Source: a bacterium (GTDB lineage Bacteria > Patescibacteriota > Minisyncoccia > Sungbacterales > HO2-52-23). From it: a stretch of 59,206 nt of DNA. Every line of letters begins with the position of its first letter. Positions within the stretch are counted from its first letter, which is position 1. The stretch lies in the NCBI GenBank assembly GCA_030697705.1, contig JAUYPE010000012.1, positions 1 to 59,206 of the forward strand, read 5' to 3'. The notes under the pieces were generated by a model that saw nothing but the letters and a program-made list of their open reading frames with translations, ran no database searches and was not told the origin of the DNA. The translations under genes and the position numbers were made by a program. Positions 55,123-59,206 of the stretch are shown here, one piece after another.

Positions 55123-55647
55123 TCATGGAATTAACGCCGGCGTTCCGTCAAGAATATGGGCGAATAAGCGTTGGAATACAGTGAGGCGATATTCAAGGAC
55201 AGGGATGCCCTCCGTGCACCCGCAGGCCATGTCGTTGTAGGCAAGCGCGTGTATCAGTGTACGCCGCGGCGGCTCCTCCTGGTAGAGTGCCGTGATGTGG
55301 TCGCGCAGCTTTTCCAGATCACACTTTTTCCGATCCTCGGCTATCATTGCACGTTCAAACTTATGGTAGTGGCACGCCAAGAGGTAGTGCGTGCCGACTT
55401 TTTCGCTCGAATCGTATAAGATATACGCAAACACGAAACACAATAATGCGATACCACCGACAACTGCACACGGATAACACAACCATACGGTTGCCATAAC
55501 GCTGAGTGCGGCGAAAATGATCATCCCGAGAAATGTGCGATCAACTAGGTCAAAAAACATTTGCCTCCGTATATGATAGCGCTGCGACAGTCGCACCGAG
55601 AACAACAGAACTTCCCGCTGTCGGTCATACTGCAGATCTTCAGACAT
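55123..55647 (-). CDS. hypothetical two-TM protein (possibly SLATT-like)
   Basis: 174 aa with an N-terminal helix, two adjacent TM helices (FLGMIIFAALSVMATVWL, VVGGIALLCFVFAYILY) and a helical C-terminal domain. The family assignment is tentative. Confidence 0.55.
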   Translation of the reverse strand: MSEDLQYDRQREVLLFSVRLSQRYHIRRQMFFDLVDRTFLGMIIFAALSVMATVWLCYPCAVVGGIALLCFVFAYILYDSSEKVGTHYLLACHYHKFERAMIAEDRKKCDLEKLRDHITALYQEEPPRRTLIHALAYNDMACGCTEGIPVLEYRLTVFQRLFAHILDGTPALIP

Positions 55648-55739
55648 TATCCCTCTCCTTCGGAGAATACAATTTTCAAGGTTCTTACGGTACGAGTCCC
55701 CTTATTGAAACTAGGACTTACGCGTCTGAACCTCATCCC

Positions 55740-55830
55740 GTCATTCCGAGTGAAACGACTGCCAGCAGGCGTCCCGTGAGGGGGGAATCCCGTTAGTTTT
55801 CGGCATACTGAAAGTGTACGGGGTTCCTCC
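55740..55830. repeat. palindromic repeat element, copy G (inverted orientation, one arm shortened)
   Basis: GTCATTCCGAGTGAAACGACTGCCAGCAGGCGTCCCGTGAGGGGGGAATCCCGTTAGTTTTCGGCATACTGAAAGTGTACGGGGTTCCTCC. It is the reverse complement of the arm seen in copies B, D and F, and it abuts the aspS stop. Confidence 0.8.
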
Positions 55831-55833
55831 TGC

Positions 55834-57282
55834 TTATACCTTCTCAATTCTCAAATGCAGTTCCTTGAGTTGCCCCGCCCGAATCTCCGCGGGAGAGTCC
55901 ATCATGAGGTCGCGCGCGTCGCCCGTCTTGGGAAACGCGATCACCTCGCGGATATTCGGCTCGCCGAGGAGGAGCATGACGATCCGATCAAGCCCCCACG
56001 CCATGCCTCCGTGCGGTGGCACGCCGAAGCTGAACGCATCCAGTATATGCCCGAAGTTCTCCCGCGTCTCTTCGGGCGTGTGTCCCAGAATCGCGAATAC
56101 TTTTTCCAACAAGTCAATGCGATGGTTGCGGATACTCCCGCTTCCGAGCTCATAGCCGTTGAGCGCGAGATCATATTGGTTGGACATAATGCCGCCGATA
56201 TTTTTTTCGGCGAGCAGATCGTCAACGGAGTTCTCGTGAATCCTGCTGAACGGATTGTGCCCGTGCGTCCATTTTTCGGTCTTTTCGTCTTTTTCAAACA
56301 GGGGAAAGTCAACAATCCAGCAAAACGCCAGCTCGTTCGGGTCGTCTTTATTCACGCGCATATCCGGCTTGTCGGAGTTGTACTTCTCCATCGCCTCTTT
56401 GTGTGACATGCGCGGAAAAGGAATTTGTGATATTTTTTTCTCCGGCGCGACGGCATGAATAAGCGCGATCATCAATCTTTCAAGCAGAGCCAATATTTCA
56501 TCTCGCTCCACAAAGCTCATCTCCAGGTCTAGTTGCGTATGCTCGGGTTGCCGATCGCCGCGCGTATCCTCGTCGCGGAAGCACCGCGCAATCTGGAAAT
56601 ATCGCTCAATCCCTCCCACCATCAGGAGTTGTTTGTATTGCTGGGGCGATTGAGGAAGCGCATAAAACTTTCCCGGATACAGCCGTGCCGGTACGACATA
56701 ATCGCGCGCGCCCTCGGGCGTTGATTTTGTAAGCAGGGGCGTTTCTATTTCTATAAAGTCCGCCTTGTGCAAATATTCGCGGATGAAAGAAATCAAGCGA
56801 TCCCGAAGCATGAGATTTTTGAGCATTCGCGTGCGTCGCAGGTCAAGATACCGGTACTGCATCCGGTGCTCCTCCCCGATCTCATGCCCGTCGGTATCCA
56901 CCGCAAACGGCGGTGTTTTTGACTCGCTAATTATTTCTAAGCTTGTCGCCTCAATTTCAACACTACCCGTTGGGAGATTTTGATTCACCATTTTTTCTGG
57001 TCGCCGCTTGACCACACCCTCAACGCACACCACCCACTCCGTGCGAAGATTGTTTGCGCGCGCCAAAATGTCCGTGTGCGCAGGACTAAAAACCACCTGC
57101 ACCACCCCCCACCGGTCACGCAGATCTATGAAAATAAGTTTGCCGTGGTCGCGCCGCACCTGCACCCATCCCATAAGCACGACGTGCTCCCCCACCTTCC
57201 CCGCCGCCTCACTCGTCCGTGTCCGTGTTGTTTTTGTTGTCCGCATTGTCCCCATATGCTCACACTGTACATCGTAGGACAC
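55834..57282 (-). CDS. aspS: aspartate--tRNA ligase
   Basis: OB-fold N-domain and class II motifs (FRDEDTRGDRQPEHTQLD, GMAWGLDR). Alternative starts lie at 57255 and 57246. Confidence 0.95.
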   Translation of the reverse strand: MSYDVQCEHMGTMRTTKTTRTRTSEAAGKVGEHVVLMGWVQVRRDHGKLIFIDLRDRWGVVQVVFSPAHTDILARANNLRTEWVVCVEGVVKRRPEKMVNQNLPTGSVEIEATSLEIISESKTPPFAVDTDGHEIGEEHRMQYRYLDLRRTRMLKNLMLRDRLISFIREYLHKADFIEIETPLLTKSTPEGARDYVVPARLYPGKFYALPQSPQQYKQLLMVGGIERYFQIARCFRDEDTRGDRQPEHTQLDLEMSFVERDEILALLERLMIALIHAVAPEKKISQIPFPRMSHKEAMEKYNSDKPDMRVNKDDPNELAFCWIVDFPLFEKDEKTEKWTHGHNPFSRIHENSVDDLLAEKNIGGIMSNQYDLALNGYELGSGSIRNHRIDLLEKVFAILGHTPEETRENFGHILDAFSFGVPPHGGMAWGLDRIVMLLLGEPNIREVIAFPKTGDARDLMMDSPAEIRAGQLKELHLRIEKV

Positions 57283-57308
57283 TTAAACTCAAGACAGCTT
57301 TTTTGTTT

Positions 57309-57346
57309 GTCATTGCGAGGAGCAAAGCGACGTGGCAATCTCGCGC
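57309..57346. repeat. solo arm of a related repeat (GTCATTGCGAGGAGCAAAGCGACGTGGCAATCTCGC)
   Basis: Shares the GTCATTGCGAG terminus and hairpin layout of the element arms, but has no central module. Confidence 0.55.
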
Positions 57347-57382
57347 CATTATAAAGGAGGAAGACAAATCGATCGAAACAAA

Positions 57383-58210
57383 TTATACTATCTTTTCAGG
57401 TGATAAACTTTCTCGTGTCTCGTGCGGATTCGGAACTGCCCCATCATGAGCTTCGGGAAGGTCAAAAATATAAAGACCCTCCGACGACTTGTAAAACCTT
57501 GCGCGCAATGGCTTTTCTCCAACCGACTCATCAAACTCCTGTACGCCAATATTGTGATACCGTCCGGCATAGTAATCAATTCTCCCCGAAAGTACATTGG
57601 CAATCTGTTTTTTAATATGTTCACCCATGGGGTGATGCCGGATCGGATCGTCTTTAAAGTATTCAGGTTCTACCAAGGGAGTGTGCAACTTGCCGGCCAC
57701 TACAAGCGTTGATAATTCGGGGAGGTCGGTCAAGATGTTTTTGGCCATCTGTTCATCACGGAGATTCCAGCTACCCGACCATGACAAGCCGTCAAAGCAC
57801 CGTACGGTATCAAGTGCTCCATCCGTTTTCAGTTTCTTGAGCAGGGAAAAGTGGCCCGCCGTAATCCGTCCGTCGCAACTTTTTTCAATGCTTGCAAAGT
57901 CCAGCTCTCCGGAATTTAAGAAATGTCCGGTGGTATTTTGCAATCCCTTACTCCACTCAAAATACAAATTTCTGAACCCAAACTTTTTATACAGCGTATA
58001 AATAATATTCGGATTCTCCAAAACCCCATGGGTCTCTCCCAAAAGAAACAAGTGTGCACCCGCCAACTCGGTCGCAAAGGAACGCGAACTATCCTCATCA
58101 AATTCAGTCTCAATTTCTTCAACACGAAAACCATCCATTGCCTTAAGAAAGGATATCTTATCGTGCTCAAGATCCTGCTCTTGATTTTGTTTTCTATTGA
58201 AATATTCCAT
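57383..58210 (-). CDS. hypothetical protein, possibly of the ChaN/Tiki/erythromycin-esterase superfamily
   Basis: 275 aa. Its GExH-type motif (LLGETHGVLENP) is characteristic of that superfamily, and its GC is lower than the window average. Confidence 0.55.
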   Translation of the reverse strand: MEYFNRKQNQEQDLEHDKISFLKAMDGFRVEEIETEFDEDSSRSFATELAGAHLFLLGETHGVLENPNIIYTLYKKFGFRNLYFEWSKGLQNTTGHFLNSGELDFASIEKSCDGRITAGHFSLLKKLKTDGALDTVRCFDGLSWSGSWNLRDEQMAKNILTDLPELSTLVVAGKLHTPLVEPEYFKDDPIRHHPMGEHIKKQIANVLSGRIDYYAGRYHNIGVQEFDESVGEKPLRARFYKSSEGLYIFDLPEAHDGAVPNPHETRESLSPEKIV

Positions 58211-58350
58211 TACTTCACTCTACTTCGCAAAACCTTGATTTTCAAGGGAAAGAGTAATATTTGCATAAATTAGTTCATTATGTTAGGGTATCGCTAAGGG
58301 AATGTCCGTCTAGGACTTGAAACTTTTGTACATTCACAGAGGAGAAACCA

Positions 58351-59070
58351 GTGGTACAGGAAAGACTCCGACAGATGTTGGGTGAGCGCACTCTCGTTCT
58401 TATCAAGCCCGATGCGGTAAAGCGTGGCTTGATTGGTGTTATTTGTCAACGATTCGAGCAGGTGGGACTTAAGATTGTAGCATGCAAGCTTGTTTCTGCG
58501 ACAAGAAAACAACTCAATGGGCATTTTCCCGCTTCGGATGATTGGATTCGTGGTATGGGCGAAAAGACCCTTCAGACATACAATGAGTACGCCATGGATC
58601 CACTTGAGTTTCTTGGTACAGATGATTCGTTTCAGATTGGACTCAAGATCAAGGAGTGGAACTATCACTATCTCTCACTCGGTCCAATCATGATTATGGT
58701 ACTTCAGGGCATTCACGCTATTGATGCTGTGCGAAAGCTCATCGGACACACGCTACCTTATAAGGCAGCGCCTGGGACGATTCGCGGTGATTTTTCTATC
58801 AATGCGCCTGATTTGGCAAATTTGGTGGGAAGCGCCTGTAAAAATCTTGTGCACGCTTCAGATAATAAAGCTGAGGCAGAATGGGAGATCGTAAACTGGT
58901 TTGAACCCACGGAAATTCTTTCATGGGAACGAGCTGATGAATTTCTGCACTTTGTGCAGGGAGAGTCCGTAGACACCAAAAAGGAAACGACCATGAAGTA
59001 TGCAGCTCTCGAACAGACCTTTAAAGCGCTCAAGTGTGATGATCCACGCAATGCAGCAGAGTATGCCTAA
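58351..59070 (+). CDS. ndk: nucleoside diphosphate kinase with an internal insertion and a C-terminal extension
   Basis: GTG start with a GAGGAG SD. Carries ERTLVLIKPDAVKRGLIGVICQRFE, TIRGDF and the active-site NLVHASD. About 90 aa longer than a canonical NDK. Confidence 0.85.
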   Translation: MVQERLRQMLGERTLVLIKPDAVKRGLIGVICQRFEQVGLKIVACKLVSATRKQLNGHFPASDDWIRGMGEKTLQTYNEYAMDPLEFLGTDDSFQIGLKIKEWNYHYLSLGPIMIMVLQGIHAIDAVRKLIGHTLPYKAAPGTIRGDFSINAPDLANLVGSACKNLVHASDNKAEAEWEIVNWFEPTEILSWERADEFLHFVQGESVDTKKETTMKYAALEQTFKALKCDDPRNAAEYA

Positions 59071-59147
59071 GGTGGTCTGGTTTGTCTAGACAGGTAAATG
59101 CGGATAACTTCGGCGGCGAAACTTGAAAAAATGAATAATTGTTTTGA

Positions 59148-59206
59148 TTACGACTTCTTGAAATATACATCGGCAGGCGTCCGGTACTCAAGCGATTGAT
59201 GTCTGC
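59148..59206 (-). mobile_element. 3' end of a DDE (rve/integrase-core) transposase gene, truncated by the window edge
   Basis: The minus-strand reading frame ends ...RHQSLEYRTPADVYFKKS-stop. This resembles the conserved C-terminal H-x-S-L-x-Y-x-T-P motif of IS3/IS481-type transposases. Only 19 codons are visible. Confidence 0.4.

Overview
This is a 59.2 kb, densely packed chromosomal window of roughly 50% GC with genes on both strands. Most of it is housekeeping:
- Energy and central metabolism: F1 ATP synthase gamma/beta/epsilon, PEP synthase, ROK glucokinase, CTP synthase, NDK.
- DNA and RNA maintenance: exonuclease VII (xseAB), a MutY-like glycosylase, endonuclease IV, a DEAD-box helicase, an RNase H, scpA/scpB, a Xer-type tyrosine recombinase.
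- Translation: TypA, MsrB, RsmE, Tgt, fmt/def, L9, L27, GltX, AspS.
- Cell wall: MurC, a C-terminal processing protease, an M23 peptidase, and a split dcw cluster (dac-mraY ... murD-ftsW-murG).

I recognised no rRNA, tRNA or CRISPR array.

Several traits point to a Patescibacteria/CPR-like or similarly reduced genome, but that is inference only. The traits are compact genes, many small ribbon-helix-helix (RHH) proteins, unusual domain fusions and abundant GTCATTCCGAGC-type palindromic repeats.

The features worth a second look are:
1. A family of 85-120 bp palindromic repeats with at least 8 copies. One copy sits in frame inside the RNase H gene.
2. A locus at 37.9-41.8 kb where an orphan Cas4/AddB-like Fe-S PD-(D/E)XK nuclease is flanked by four RHH genes and a small membrane ORF, next to a tyrosine recombinase. 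The RHH genes are one single-chain tandem RHH and three tandem paralogues, and part of the locus has low GC.
3. About 1.1 kb of ORF-poor DNA (3.7-4.9 kb) with consensus promoters and intrinsic terminators, suggesting unknown structured RNAs.
4. A perfect 48 bp palindrome.
5. A 37 bp direct repeat that links the truncated, frameshifted trmH-like gene to a distant small ORF.
6. A D-aminoacylase, an unknown ORF and a 165 bp hairpin element inserted between mraY and murD.

Functional calls come from motifs I recognised by eye in the translated ORFs. No database search was run.
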